Positions 1-11,930 of a stretch of 64,000 nt of DNA are shown in pieces. The DNA is from Eutreptiella sp. 'Long Island Sound 2002' (Eukaryota; Protista; Euglenida), in assembly GCA_964036045.1 (NCBI GenBank), contig OZ038378.1, positions 38,068,001 through 38,132,000 of the forward strand, read 5' to 3'. Each line of letters opens with the position of its first letter. Positions within the stretch are counted from its first letter, which is position 1. The position numbers and the translations under genes are program-made. The notes under the pieces are model-generated. The model ran no database searches. It was not told the origin of the DNA and saw only the letters and a program-made list of their open reading frames with translations.

Positions 1-155
1 CTTGGGATCCTGTATTCAATGACTTTCCCGGGCTGCAGCGCGGTCTGGACTCGGGCAATAGAAGGATGTTTGCCCACCGACTCCCGCATGTTGACGCAGA
101 AGGATCGGGTGTTGGATACCATGAATATTCGGCCCTCATGTGATTCACAAACTTC

Positions 156-1068
156 GTGCTCGGCTTGTTCAACAACACATGGAGTGGGGACCACAAGGCG
201 TACCAAGCGGCCGCAATAGGTGCGAAGGGGCGTGAAATGCAATCCTACCATCGCAGCATGATCAAGGTTCCCGATGGGAAGAGGGTGGTTTCCCTCTTTG
301 CGGCCCTAGACGAGGACTTGTATTCCGTTGATGGCACCAACACCGTCTTCTGGCGACATAGCCGTGAGGGTTTGCCCCGTCCATGGGACCCTACTCCCAT
401 TCCGCTGCGACGCGGTGACTTGTTCATCTTGTACAGCGACTTAGTCCATGCGGGCGCGGGCGGCTGTACACCTCTTTCCAAGCCGGAGTCATGGTGGAGA
501 CGAGTGCTTTCCTTGGGCATCGCCACTATTCCCGTCACGTACTTGTACACGGTCGGAGTTCGCGTTCCGTTTTCTCGTTTGGAGCAAAGCCACGACGTTG
601 ATGTGTCAGAGCGCTGTACTATCTTAGGTCGTCGGAAGAAAGCCACGAAAGATTGCTTCACTTGTGGGGTTCCGAGGCTCTGTGCCACTCACGAGGAGGA
701 GCTGTGCCCGGCGTGCTTGCCGATTAGTGTTGGTAGTAAGGCGAGTGCGGCGGCTAGTGCTCCTCAGGCGCTGGGGTTTCCAGTCGGGGTCACTTGTTTG
801 CTTCCCGTCCTTACCCAGTCTACACGTTCCCTTGCACCCTCTGCCGGCACCCCCTCCCAACCCTGTTTGACGAGATGATTATTGTAATGTCATGTGGGAT
901 GAGCGCCCGCTCGGGTCATGGGCACACGAGGCCGAGACATTGGAGTCAGCCAAGGACCAGAACATCACGGTGAGCAGGGTTCCTCCTGGGTACATCATGG
1001 CACTAAGGTGCCAGTTTGGTGGCTTCGGCATGGGCCGAGACGACGAGCGGGCCTCCATTGTGCGCTAG
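156..1068 (+). pseudogene. 2OG-Fe(II) dioxygenase-like (PhyH/DSBH-type) domain + Cys/His zinc-binding cluster + C-terminal domain (element A cargo)
   Basis: QSYHRS..VVSLFAALDED, PLRRGDLFILYSDLVHAG and RRVLSLG, then C..CFTC..LCATH..LCPAC. A fragment at 901-1068 (PLGSWAHE..PPGY..FGGFGMG) aligns with element B (PLGGHAHE..PPGS..FGGFALG). Confidence 0.55.
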
Positions 1069-1309
1069 GACATGGGACATCCGCAGCAGCTAATGCTGGA
1101 CTGCCCCGCATGGGGCTGACGTGTGGCTGGCTGACGGAGACATCGAAAGATGGAGCCTACTGGTGAAGATGCAGGCACGTATTAACTGTACTGGCCTGTT
1201 GTTCTAACATGTGCCTGACATGATATGCAGGAGGGTTTGGTGCCTGCAGAATGCTTCATTTTAGTGCTAAACATCGGTCTTGCATGTGGTCGGGTTGTCC
1301 GCGAGGAAG

Positions 1310-1455
1310 GTGCTTCGCGAAGGTGGTCCTGATCCGAATGTTGGCTGAAAAGTGCGTCCGGGAAGGGGTTGCTAATCAGAAAGCGGTTCCGGAAATGGGC
1401 TTCTCGGCAGGGTTCTTGATCAAGAAGGGGTTCTCAGTTTGGGTTCCTGATGCGG
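1310..1455. repeat. Internal cluster of element-A motif (GAAGGGGTTYCTRATCAGAAAG-like)
   Basis: ggaaggggttgctaatcagaaag, gggttcttgatcaagaaggggttc and variants; the same motif occurs at 3185-3292 and 5055-5180. Confidence 0.7.
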
Positions 1456-1756
1456 TTCCTTATCACATCCTAGATCCCGTGCATTCCCTGTTACGCCGGT
1501 TTGCCCCTGTAGGTCGCTGTGGACGTCTGGCCGACACTGGTGGTGGATCGGCAAGCACTCATGGGCGATGGGCCTGCAGGAGAGGTTGCGCGAGAAAGGC
1601 AGCAAGTGCCCAGGATGCAGATCACAGGGGTTGGACAAGGCCCCGATGTGTGTTAGGCGATCCTGCCGAAGGCCTCAGTGAAGATCCAGGCTGTGTCAGA
1701 GTGCATCATAGGACTGGGGAACACGGAGTGTACAAGTAGTACGCACTACATATCAA

Positions 1757-2636
1757 ATGGCGGATGGAGGGCAAGCGCACCTTATGGAGCTCAGCTGTGT
1801 GGTGTCTGTGGTATACGAGAGCACCGATGCCCCGAGGGCAGGTACTTGGCTCTTCACAACGTTTGTGTATGGCAAGTCTGGCAAGTATGAACACATTTCC
1901 TTTGAGGATGGGCGGCAGGTCCGCAAGGGGGCAAAGATTATCATCTCCCTGTCTTCAGTGGGTGATGCCGAGGTGTCCGCGTCGGCATTGCGACATGCAC
2001 ACGTCAAGGAGTTCGAGTATAAGCAGAAGCAGCTGTTGGGGTGTTTGGGCGGCCGCACGTATGTGAAGGTGGAGAATGAAGGGCACAATGAACCGCCGTG
2101 TGCAATGACGGGACCACGCAAACGGAGCAAACTTCAGTATGAGCAGAAGTTGGGCCTGGTTGGCCCTGGACTAGCGCACTGTTGATGACATGTGCGCACA
2201 GGTGTCCTTTGCTCCAAGGGCGGGTGCCCGGCACCGCGTTAAGCCCAAGCCAGGGTCTCAAGAGGCACAAATCGTGCGTCTCCGCAAGGAGAAGGACACC
2301 CTCTAGCAACGGGCTGACCACTTGCAGAGCAATGTGGACATAATGCAAGAAGCAGCAGATCAAGCAACGGCAGAGACAGCGGGCCTTTGGACCGATGTGG
2401 TGCGGCTCACGGAGGAAAACACACGGCTGCGATTGGAACGTGACAATGCCGCGCAGGTGCGAGAGCGGGCGCTAGCAGACGCGACCCGGCGATGGCAACT
2501 GGTGGACCGACTTGGTGGTGACAGGCCCATGAGGGGCAGCCACGGCATGGGCAACGGCAATCTTTGCATGGGCAGCCCCCGCGAGACGCAGGACGTGATT
2601 CCCTCACCAACGTCCAAGGGTCACCGAAAGAATTAG
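1757..2636 (+). pseudogene. Second accessory ORF of element A, fragmented, with C-terminal coiled coil
   Basis: ORFs 1757-2185 and 2322-2636 (RLTEENTRLRLERDNAAQVRERALAD); positional equivalent of the coiled-coil ORF of element B. Confidence 0.4.
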
Positions 2637-3184
2637 CGGTATAACGTGCATGAAGTCTCAACCCCCCCCCCCCCCGCAGTGCGAACCCGAAAGCGGTTGT
2701 GCGCAGTGTAGAAGCGGTATATGCGTATGCATGTCATGATGCATGGGCAGGGGGTTGCGGGGGTTACACGTTTTGGTGACGGGAATTGCGCCAGTGCGTT
2801 ATTTGGTAGCCGTTAAGCACACGGTGCGCGGCACCTAAGTGCGCGCACAAGTACGCCCATATATATACCTCTATGGACATTGTGCGCAACGTTGCCTGCC
2901 TTGCAGCAAGTTTGCTGCGACTGGCCTTCACTGTCTGTGTGTTTGGTACACATCACCCTTTTGGCAAAGCATTTCTGAACCGGGACCATCGTCAAGCAAA
3001 GAGTCAAGGACGGTTGTGCCAGTTTGTTCTGGGGTGTCTGTATGGGGGGGGGGACACCCCCCCCCCTGGGCGGGTGGGAACCCCCCCCCCTGGGTGCACG
3101 TGTCTCATGCACAGCGGTAACATATCTAGAACATGAAACAATTGTTCCAAAAATAGCGCATGGCCTCAAATGTGCAAATTATCC

Positions 3185-3292
3185 GAGAAGTCAATCTAAG
3201 AAGGGGTTCCTAATCAGAAAGTTGCCCGAGAAGTGAGTTTGGGAAGGGGTTCGTGATCAGAAAGGGGTTCCTGAAACGCGGTTCCCGGGTAC
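3185..3292. repeat. Internal cluster of element-A motif upstream of transposase
   Basis: aaggggttcctaatcagaaag, gaaggggttcgtgatcagaaaggggttcc. Confidence 0.75.
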
Positions 3293-3327
3293 TTCCTGTT
3301 TAGACACCATGTGCCTGTTTTTCCTAG

Positions 3328-5001
3328 ATGAACCGCATGGTGGCCTCCCTTGAGGCTGAGGCTGGCAAAATACTGCGCAAGCCCTACTTTGAAGTTCGGC
3401 CAGACCACCAACATGAGCGGCTGGCATTGGCACAGCGCGTGGTGCGGGCAATCCTCCAGGATCCGGAGGTGTATTTTCGGCGTGATGCCACCGGTGTGGT
3501 TTCTTTGGTGGGTGGTAGCATCAACAATGCAGAGGAGGTGATGGCAGGGGCTCCAGACATCACCGGATATGCCGTTGATGTGTTGCGCCGTGCTCGCGCA
3601 ATGCAACTGTCTATGCGACAGACATGACGGTTGCCTTGTTGGTTCGCTGGTAATGAGTTGTATGAGGGAAGGCGTGCGATAACGCCGTACGATGCCGTGG
3701 CGTTGAGTGTGCGGCAACACAGGGGCAAGCAACGGACGGCGGCTGCGGTGTTTTAGGCGGTCTACGTGATCGAATGCGGCTTGCACAATAACAAGGGGTG
3801 TTCCCCCCCCCAAGGGGCACGAACAAGATCCCCGTGTTGGTATGCACAGACGCCACGACGCTGTGGCGGGCCGCTGCCACCCGCTGCGATGTGTTTGCTG
3901 GGTTTTGGCCTGGTGGCCCAGCCAGTGCGGGGAACCCAGACGATTCAGCAACGTGATGGGTCATCGATGGAAGTGATGACCGTGGTCGTCCATGTGAAAT
4001 GGATGCCGAAGCAGGGCTCAACGCCAAAATTGAACATTTGCGGTCGAACTGCAATGTGCCCTTGCAAGAGGGCACGGTTTTGGGGTATGAGGTGGGCATG
4101 ACGGGCGACCGCAAGGGCATGGAGGTCGCCAACTACTCCCCGGATGGAAAGTGTTGGTCGTGTGACGACCATGACAACTTGGAACCGGTAGAGGGGGTTA
4201 ATCAAGAAATGCGGTAGGGGGCGTTCCTCTGGGGCATCCCCCCCGCCCCCGGCATGTTAGTGACTATGCCCATGCAACCGCCCGTCTTTGCAATGCAACC
4301 TAAAAGAGGTTGCAACAAGATGTCTCCTCTTGGGTGCAAGAAGGAGCCGGTTAGGGAGTGATTGGGCGCCTAAAGGATGTGTGGGGTTACTTGATGCAAG
4401 CCTCACAAAACATCCCTCAAGCGGACCGTGTGGCCTTGTGTCCCACAAACAAGGACGCCTTTGACCTAACTTCCGCGCATGTCTTTCCAGATGACACGCA
4501 ACACCAACAAAGAGTAGTTGACCTACTCAAGGAATACTACCCCAGTCGTAAGGCCCCGAGTGGGGCAACAAAGGTGTACACCGTAGTGCACACCATGTTG
4601 CTTGCCCTAACCCACCTTCACACCTTGTGGAGGAAAAAGGTCTACCTTTCGGATGTTGAGGTTGAGGAAGCCAAAAGATGGGCCAAAAACTTGTGGCAAC
4701 GTTGTAAGTTGATGGGGTGGAAGGCAACGGTATGGCTGCATTGCATGGTGTGCCATAGTGGTTTGTGCGGAAGTACCGCACAATGTACTTCTTTGGTTCG
4801 GTGCCGACCGAGAGGAGGAAGTCGGCCTATCAAGTGCACATGCAAAATAGTTTTCGTGGGTGGTTGGTGAAGAATCCACGTGTCTCCGTGAGGGGCATGC
4901 GGCATTTGCTCAACATGTATGGATTGGATGTTGGGCTAAAACGTGTTGGGAGCCCATGCACCGGGACAAGGAGAGGGCAAAAGAGGAACAGGAGTGAATA
5001 A
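3328..5001 (+). pseudogene. Transib/RAG1/CMC-like DDE transposase, frameshifted (element A)
   Basis: VCTDATTLW (D at 3849), MTGDRKGM..KCWSC, VSDYAHATARLCN, TVWLHCMVCH (H-x4-H) and MYFFGSVPTERR..QNSFRGW; all align with the element B transposase. In-frame TGA at 3625. Confidence 0.75.
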
Positions 5002-5054
5002 CATGGCCTTGGGGAAGTGTCTTTTGTTGCGCCACTTGTGCATGTTCAATTTCA

Positions 5055-5180
5055 AGAAGGGGGTCCGAGAAGTCGGTTTGAGAAGGGGTTCTTGATCAGA
5101 AAGTAGGCTGAGAAGTCATTTGCAGAAGGGGTTCCCAATCAGAAAGTGCCTCTAGGAACACCCCAGGGAATTCCGAGAAG
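5055..5180. repeat. Subterminal cluster of element-A motif
   Basis: agaaggggttcttgatcagaaag, agaaggggttcccaatcagaaag. Confidence 0.75.
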
Positions 5181-6606
5181 CCAAATACAAAAACGGCCCA
5201 TGTGGGCCATTTGGACTTAGACCCAAAATTTTCCACATGTAGGCACCCAAGAGGCTATGAAAACACCCTCCGTCCCATTGGGCCACCTACATGTGTTTGG
5301 TTTGGAGTTGGGGTCAACCCAATCCGAGAAGGGGGGGGGGGTTCCCGCTACCCCCCTTCTCGATTTCACCACATAATACAGTTTCCCTTCACTGATCCTT
5401 TGGGATTGAACAACACACAAGCATCATCGAGCACATAGAAAGGTATTCAGGCAAAGTGTGATTTTTTGCGTGTTTTTGTATCAACCTGATGAGTTCTTCT
5501 ATTTTGTTATCATGAGCTGACTTATTGTGGGTTGTTTGATTCTCCTCTTATGTGACTTATTTTGTGTTGGTTTGGTAGTGGACAGTGTTCTAGGGTTAGC
5601 CCGGTTTTTATGTAGCCACGGGCCTTTCTTGTTTGTGGTTATCGGTATGGTTGGGGCCCGTAGTGTCGAATTCACCACGTTGATTACTTTAGACTGGAAC
5701 CAATTTACAGCTTTGCAGCTTTCGCGTTTTCCTAACTTCATTCCCCAGGAGATACATGGGAACAGGCTTTGAATGCAAAACAGTAAGCGGACCTGCGAAA
5801 ACTTCGGCACGTCACAATATTTCCACCGCAGGAGGTTGGGACCATACGTCTTATATTACCTCAAAGTAGTGGTGAAAGAATGACAGCGCGGCCCCTTATT
5901 GTCATTCAAACACTACGCCGACGGACATCATTTTCAGACGGTTTGCGCACAAGTTACATTTATACGTTGATGCTAACTTAGGTTTTTGTACACCCACTTT
6001 CATGGAAACCCCTTTTCCGCACAGCGAGAAGGGACAAATGGTTGTTTGGACCCGTCTATGCAACATCCCTGTCACACCCAAAAAGCTACGACCGGAAAAC
6101 TTGGGGAAAAACTGCATGTCGGGTATTCACATCTCACCACAATTGATCAATTCACGGTACTTTCTCTTTCTGTAGTCCCTCTCACCCCATAGTCAGAGCA
6201 TGGTCCAAGGCATGGGGTTCATTAAGTAAGGACGTTGACTGATGGAGACAAAGGGCAAAGGAAGAGGGAAAATTCGTCTTTCCTTATACTCCCTTCCCAC
6301 CTTGTGAATGATTAGTCTATAGGGAATTTGCATTGTATCATCAATTTGAGTTCATTGGGGTTACCGAAGCGGAATGTATGCCGATAACTCATTTTGTGAG
6401 GGGTTGTTCGGAGTGCAAATATTGGCTCCAAGTGCATTACATGCTTGTCTATGTATTTCACGTCCATTTTAGAGTCTCACTGCTTTTGAGGTATTGGGAA
6501 ACATGTTTATCATTCTCTATATTGTATCTAAATTCCGACACGGTACTAACTTACAGATGTGAGCTGAGCCGGGGCCTCTGCGTTGCATGAAATGCAGGGT
6601 TGCTTC

Positions 6607-8172
6607 CTATGTCTGAGGAAGCAACACTATGACAGTCAATATGGCATTGTATAAATCATGTTGTATGCTCTTTAGTACTTCCCATTTGGGGGGGAAGGGT
6701 AGGTACACTAGTTTGGGTAGAATCACTGCCTTAATGGTATTGGTTCTTAGTCGGTAAGTTAAAGGTTGATTGTGTAGGCAATTCACGGTTGCTCTTGCTT
6801 TGGTATAAAACTCTTTGTATGTTGTGTGTGGGCTCATATCACTCGGAACAATGTGACCTAAGCGTGTGATTGTGGGGTACTTTTGAGATGTGATTGTTGT
6901 GATGCCTTCAACTGGTTGATTCTAGGGAACCAATGTGTTGAGGGTGCCCATTTGGTTACCCGGATCGATTACAAGCCAGCCAGCGGAAATGCTTGATGTC
7001 ATAGGCATAGTGATATCTATGCTAGGGGGATTATGGGAATGTGTGTGGTGGAAACCATAGAGTTTAATTTTGTTGTTCACCGCCATGCCCATTCGTTGCA
7101 AGGTAGTACAAGAGATGTCGAGGGCATTTTGAGCCTCGTCTTCATAATCGATGACTCGCGTAGCATCATCCACAAACGAAACCGTATCAATTTCATTCTT
7201 TTCGAGCACAGTCACTATTATCCGGTACAAGAGGATGAAGCACAGTGCTGCAACAGGGCAGCCTTGTTTGACACCAAGGAGAGGAGAGTAATATTTGTTG
7301 TCACCCATTTTGACCCTGAATTCCGAGTCCAAGATCGTATTCCCAATGAATTATAGTACTTTTTCATCGATTCCTATTTTTCTAAGCGAGGAGAGCACTA
7401 AGTGCACATGGAAGGACGAGAAGGTATTGGTGATGTCTAACAATCAAACGTAGTCGTGGTCAATGTTGCTCAACTTTTTGGGGGAGTAGTTTTGGAAGAC
7501 CAAGGGTAGCCATGACAGTGGGTCTTCCTCTTCCCCCACCGACCTGTTGGCCCAGCCGCACCTCTCAATCACCTCTTGTAATTTGTCTCTAACCGCTGTC
7601 ATAACGATCTGACAGCAGGCTTGTGTAACACTAACTAGTCTCCACCTTGATGCAGTTCTCCAATCGACCGATCTTTTGTAAAGTGCTACGGTGGATGTTT
7701 GTGGTGTGCAATTGGGCAACATACCTGTGGCTAAGGTATGTCTTACACTATTTCATACTATGTGGAATGTACTCTATGGTAAAACATAAAGGGCATATGG
7801 TGGAACTCCATTGGGCCCTGCCGCTTTCCTCCGTGGGACTATAGCTAATTTTCTAATGCATTCATAACTAAGTTCTTCATGTTGAGCAGTCTCATTTTCT
7901 TCCTTCGTGAACAATTCTTCCACCCCCGTTGGGCCCCAGGGATTCCTTCCTCCCACAAGTTCGGCTTCTCCATGGGAAGGCAATGGTAAGGATGGGTAGA
8001 AAACGGGAGCAAACATATCTTGCTTTACTTGCCGAACAAATACTTTCGGGTTCCGTGCGGCACGTCTAGAAATGTTCTTGACCATTGCTTCCCAACCTTG
8101 TGGTGTTTTCTTTGGAACAGTCTTTTTGGTTTCATTTACTTGTTCCACTACCTCTGGTATGTTATCACGCAA
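6607..8172 (-). pseudogene. Non-LTR reverse transcriptase, multiple stops and frameshifts
   Basis: RKAAGPNGVPP (domain 0), GVKQGCPVAALCFILLY, VSFVDDAT (YxDD-like), VILPKLVY. Confidence 0.85.
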
Positions 8173-8298
8173 GACATTTATGATGCTTGGAGTTTAAATG
8201 GGATCTAGGGAGTCTACGAACTCACTGCTGAGGTCTCGAACTATGTCACTCATCAAAGCTTCAATCTTCTTTTGGAAGCTTTTGGTGTGTTTCTTGGT

Positions 8299-8505
8299 CT
8301 ATGATTTGCACCCAACCGGATGCGTAGTCCGTGGAGACCACACTAGGAGATAGACAAGGAGGAAATCTTGGTCACTAAAGTGTGCTTTATCCTTGGTACT
8401 GGTCGCTTGTTTATCACTATCTCTTTGGTAGGTGTTCTTTTGAGATTCCTTGAAAAGTTGTATAGCTGCTGCGGAAACGTATATTTTATCTATGTAGGTT
8501 GTACC
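8299..8505 (-). pseudogene. C-terminal part of the APE endonuclease of the minus-strand LINE
   Basis: GTTYIDKIYVS...HFSDQDFLLV corresponds to the IDxIxVS and SDH-like APE motifs. Confidence 0.8.
8490..8505. repeat. Left target-site duplication of the LHC-carrying insertion
   Basis: ctatgtaggttgtacc vs ctacgtaggttgtgcc at 14446-14461 (14/16 identical). Confidence 0.85.
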
Positions 8506-8699
8506 CCCCCCGGCGACCAGGCGCCGCGGGGGGTACAGTGAAACCCTGGCCGGGGGGCAGCCGGGGCCTGCCAGGGCCGCGCCCCCCGCGACCTTTGGAA
8601 TGGCCACCTGCGGCAGCGGCTCCTGCAGGGGCTGTGACAGCAGCGGGCGGCCGCAGCGTACTGCCCCCAAGAAGCAGCAGGTCACACGGCACGACAACA

Positions 8700-9110
8700 C
8701 GTGCAGTTCGTGAGGCCGCGCAAAGGTGACAAAGGCGAAACGGGTGGGCGAGGTGTGTGTCATGCACAAAGCTAGCAGATTGTCGTGCATCTTGCTTTGC
8801 GTAGTGCGCGTGAACCGCCAGAGGGGGCAGTGGCAGGGTGACCGGAGGGAGGAGGAGAAACAAACAACAAACAAGCCCACAGAACGAGGGGAAGGGGAGA
8901 AGGAGCAGTGAGGACGGGTTGCCTCGCAAAATGCTCTGCACAGTGCGCGCACGGATAGAGAGGGTAGGAGGAGGACGGGGGGCTGGGGTTAGGGCGGCAC
9001 GAGGCGGGACCCCGAGCAGCCAGGCACAGTAGTAGAAAGGTGAAGGGTGGGGCAGGGCAGAGTATGCCTCGTATGGTGTTGCGCACAGTGTCCTTGCATA
9101 GTGTTGTGCA
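8700..9110 (+). repeat. Non-coding spacer repeat, copy 1 (related to 11021-11235 and 11545-11930)
   Basis: Shared blocks gcgtgaa..c..gagggggcag, gagaagg and ggcagggcag.gt.tgcctcgtat.gtg. Confidence 0.65.
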
Positions 9111-11020
9111 TCTTGCGCGTTTGGAACTGCTGCACCCTGGTGAAGCCTTCGACCCTCTGGTTTTGGCTGACGACCCAAACACGTCCGCTCAGCTGAAGGT
9201 GAAGGAGATGAAGAACGGCCGCTTGCCTATATCTATGTTCGCCTACTACGTGCAGGCGCTCGCAACTGGAGAGGGTCCCGTAAAGAGCTGGGTCACCCAC
9301 ATTGCCAACCCATTCGCCGTGAAAGGTATGACTAGCGCCAATGTTACCCTGTTCGCTCCTTCCCCTGTGGCCATGCTAGCCACCGCTGCCTGGTATAGCC
9401 CTGAGCGCAACAAGTGGTTGGGCCCATTCTCTGATGCCTTCTCCCCTGGCTACCTCACTGGTGACTACCCTGGTGTCTGCGGTTGGGACGCTGCCGGTTT
9501 GGCTGCTGACCCTACCACCCTCGCCGCGTACCGTGAGGCCGAGTTGACCCACGCTCGTTGGGCTATGTTGGGCACTTTGGGCTGCTTGACCCCTGAGTTG
9601 TTGGCCAAGTACGCTGGTGTGGGGATCGATGAGGCTGTGTGGTTCAAGGTAGGTGCTCATATCTTCCCTGAGGGCGCTCTGGGCTACCTTGGCAGCTCCA
9701 ACCTGGTTTACGCCGATACCATCCTTGCTTTCGCGGCCTGCCAGTTTGTCTTGATTGGTGCCTTTGAGGCCTACCGTGTGACGGGTAGTCATGTACGCGT
9801 GATTCTCCATCTCCTCCGCCCTGGTGAAGCCTTCGACCCTCCCGTTTTGGTTGACGACCTTGACACTTTCGCTGAGCTGAAGGTGAAGGAGATCAAGACC
9901 GGCCGTTTGGCTATGTTTTCTATTTTTGGCTACTACGCGCAAGCCATCGCGACTGGAGAGGGTGCCGTTGAGAGCTGGGCCTCCCACATCGCTCACCCAT
10001 TCGCCGTGAAAGGTATGACTAGCGCCCGTGTTACCCTGTTCGCTCCTTCCCCTGTGGCCACGTTCGCCACCGCTGCCTGGTATGGCATTGAGCGGAACAA
10101 GTTGTTGGGCCCATTCTGTGATGCCTCCTCCCCTGAGTACCTCACTGGTGAGTACCCTGTTGATTACGGTTGGGACGCCGCCGGTTTTGTTGCTGAACCT
10201 ACCACCTTCGCCGCATACCGCGAGGCCGAGTTGACCCACACTCGTTGGGCTATGTTGGGCACTTTGGGCTGCTTGACCCCTGAGTGGTTGGCCAAGTACG
10301 CTGGTGTGGGGATCGATGAGCCTGTGTGGTTCAAGGCAGGTGCTCATATCTTCCCTGAGGGCGGTCTGGGCTACCTTGGCAGCTCCAACCTGGTGCACGC
10401 CCAGTCTATCCCTGCTATCGCGGCCTGCCAGTTTGTCCTGATGGGTGCCTTTGAGGCCTACCGCGTGAAGGGTGGTCCTCTGCGCGTGAATCTGTATCTG
10501 CTCCACCCTGGTGAAGCCTTCGACCCTCTGGTTTTGGGTGGCGACCGTGACACTTTCGCTGAGCTGAAGGTGAAGAAGATCAAGAACGGCCGTTTGGCTA
10601 TGTTCTCTCTTTTCGGCTACTGCGTGCAAGCCATCGCGGCTGGTGAGGGTCCTGTTGAGAGCCTCCCACATCGCCTACCCATTCGCCGTGAAAGGTATGA
10701 CCAGCGCCCATGTTACCATGTTTGCTCCTGCCCCTATGGCCACGTTCGCCACCGCTGCTATATGGCCGTGAGCACAACAACTGGGCGAGCCCATTCTCTG
10801 ATGCCTCCACCCCTGCCTACCTCACTGGTGAGTACCCTGGTGACTACGGTTGGGACGCCGCTGGTTTGGCCGCTGACCCTACCGCCTTCGCCGCATACCG
10901 TGAGGCCGAGTTGATCCACGCTCGCTGGGCTATGTAGGGCACTTTGGGCTGCTTGACCCCTGGGTAGTTGGCCAAGTACGCTGGTTTGGGGATCGATGCG
11001 TCTGTGTGGTTCCAAGCTTT
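9110..11020 (+). pseudogene. lhcb: Chlorophyll a/b-binding (LHCII) polyprotein units, type 1: partial + 2 near-complete + partial unit, ~685-bp period
   Basis: [61 protein letters not shown]; linkers SPVAMLA/SPVATFA. Frameshift near 10670, stop at 10935, substitutions at conserved sites. Confidence 0.9.
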
Positions 11021-11235
11021 GTGAGTGTCTAACAGGTGGCCAAGGTGCGTGTTGTGCAACCTGCTTCGCAACTTGTCATGCATAGTGCTACGCATATTGC
11101 GTGAAAACCACTGGAGGGGGCAGAAGCAGGACAATCAGAAGGCAGGAGAAGGTGAGGGCAACAGCAACAAAGGTGCCCAAACAACAGTGTGCCTCGTATA
11201 GTGTCACGCGTAGTACCTGCAGCAATGAACTGGCC
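11021..11235 (+). repeat. Non-coding spacer repeat, copy 2 (internally deleted)
   Basis: gtgagtgtctaacaggtggccaaggtgcgtgttgtgcaac... is near-identical to the sequence from 11545 onward. Confidence 0.8.
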
Positions 11236-11548
11236 TTATGTGCAGCACGGTGCCTGACCTCCGAGCTGCTGCAAAAGTACTGCTATCGGCAATGGTGCCA
11301 CCAAAGGTGTGTGGTTCAAGGCTGGTGCCTCCACCCCTCAGTACCTCAGTGGTGGGTACCCTGGCGACAACGGTTGGGACGCCGCTGGCTTGGCCGCTGA
11401 CCCTACCGCCTTCGCCGCATACCGTGCGGCCGAGTTGATCCACGCTCGTTGGGCTTTGTCGGGCACCTTGGGGTGCTTGACCCCTGGGTTGTTGGCCAAA
11501 TACGCTGCTTTGCGGTTTGATGCGTCTGTGTGGTTCCAGGCTTTCTGA
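11236..11548 (+). pseudogene. lhcb: Chimeric LHC fragment (type-2 piece fused to type-1 N-terminal half)
   Basis: [13 protein letters not shown] joined to [33 protein letters not shown]. Confidence 0.75.
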
Positions 11549-11930
11549 GTGTCTAACAGGTGGCCAAGGTGCGTGTTGTGCAACGTGCTTCGCAACTTGT
11601 CATGCATAGTGCTACGCATAGTGCGTGAAAACCACCGGAGGGGGCAGAAGCAGGACAACCAGAAGGTAGGAGAAGGTGAGGGCAACAACAACACACGTGC
11701 CCAAACAATGGGCGCGGACAGGGAGAGGGAGAGGCGAGGGGACGGGTTTTGCTTCGCACATTGCTGGCACAGTGCATGCAAAGACGGAGGGGAAGGACGG
11801 AGGGGTGCGGATAGAGCGCCATGAGGTAGGACGCCGCACGGCCAGGTGCACGGGTGAAGGGGCTGGCAGGGCAGGGTGTGCCTCGTATAGTGTCACGTGT
11901 AGTGCCTGTAGCAATGAACTGGCCTGCGGT
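11545..11930 (+). repeat. Non-coding spacer repeat, copy 3
   Basis: ctgagtgtctaacagg...gcaatgaactggcc; contains the blocks seen in copies 1 and 2. Confidence 0.8.

Larger units (their letters stand above)
1..5200 (+). mobile_element. Element A: decayed multi-gene DNA transposon (Transib/RAG1/CMC-like); left end outside the window, right end not resolved
   Basis: Same gene order as element B (dioxygenase-ZnF, coiled-coil ORF, transposase), with recognisable peptide homology in the dioxygenase and transposase; GAAGGGGTTCCTGATCAGAAAG-type repeat clusters at matching positions. Confidence 0.75.

Noticed and set aside
8506-8620. HDV-like or hammerhead ribozyme at the 5' end of the LHC insertion
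   Set aside because: GC-rich pairings exist (GGGGGGC/GCCCCCC and a terminal hairpin), but I could not place a canonical L3 loop, catalytic C or CUGAnGA core; a covariance-model search is needed.
9040-10914. 624-aa ORF as a functional LHC polyprotein gene
   Set aside because: It starts mid-unit with no targeting presequence, has substitutions at conserved positions ([16 protein letters not shown]), frameshifts at ~10670, and neighbouring units contain stops; treated as a pseudogene.
11021-11930. Spacer beginning GTGAGT as a conventional intron
   Set aside because: Removing it does not give a colinear LHC sequence, and the second copy starts CTGAGT.
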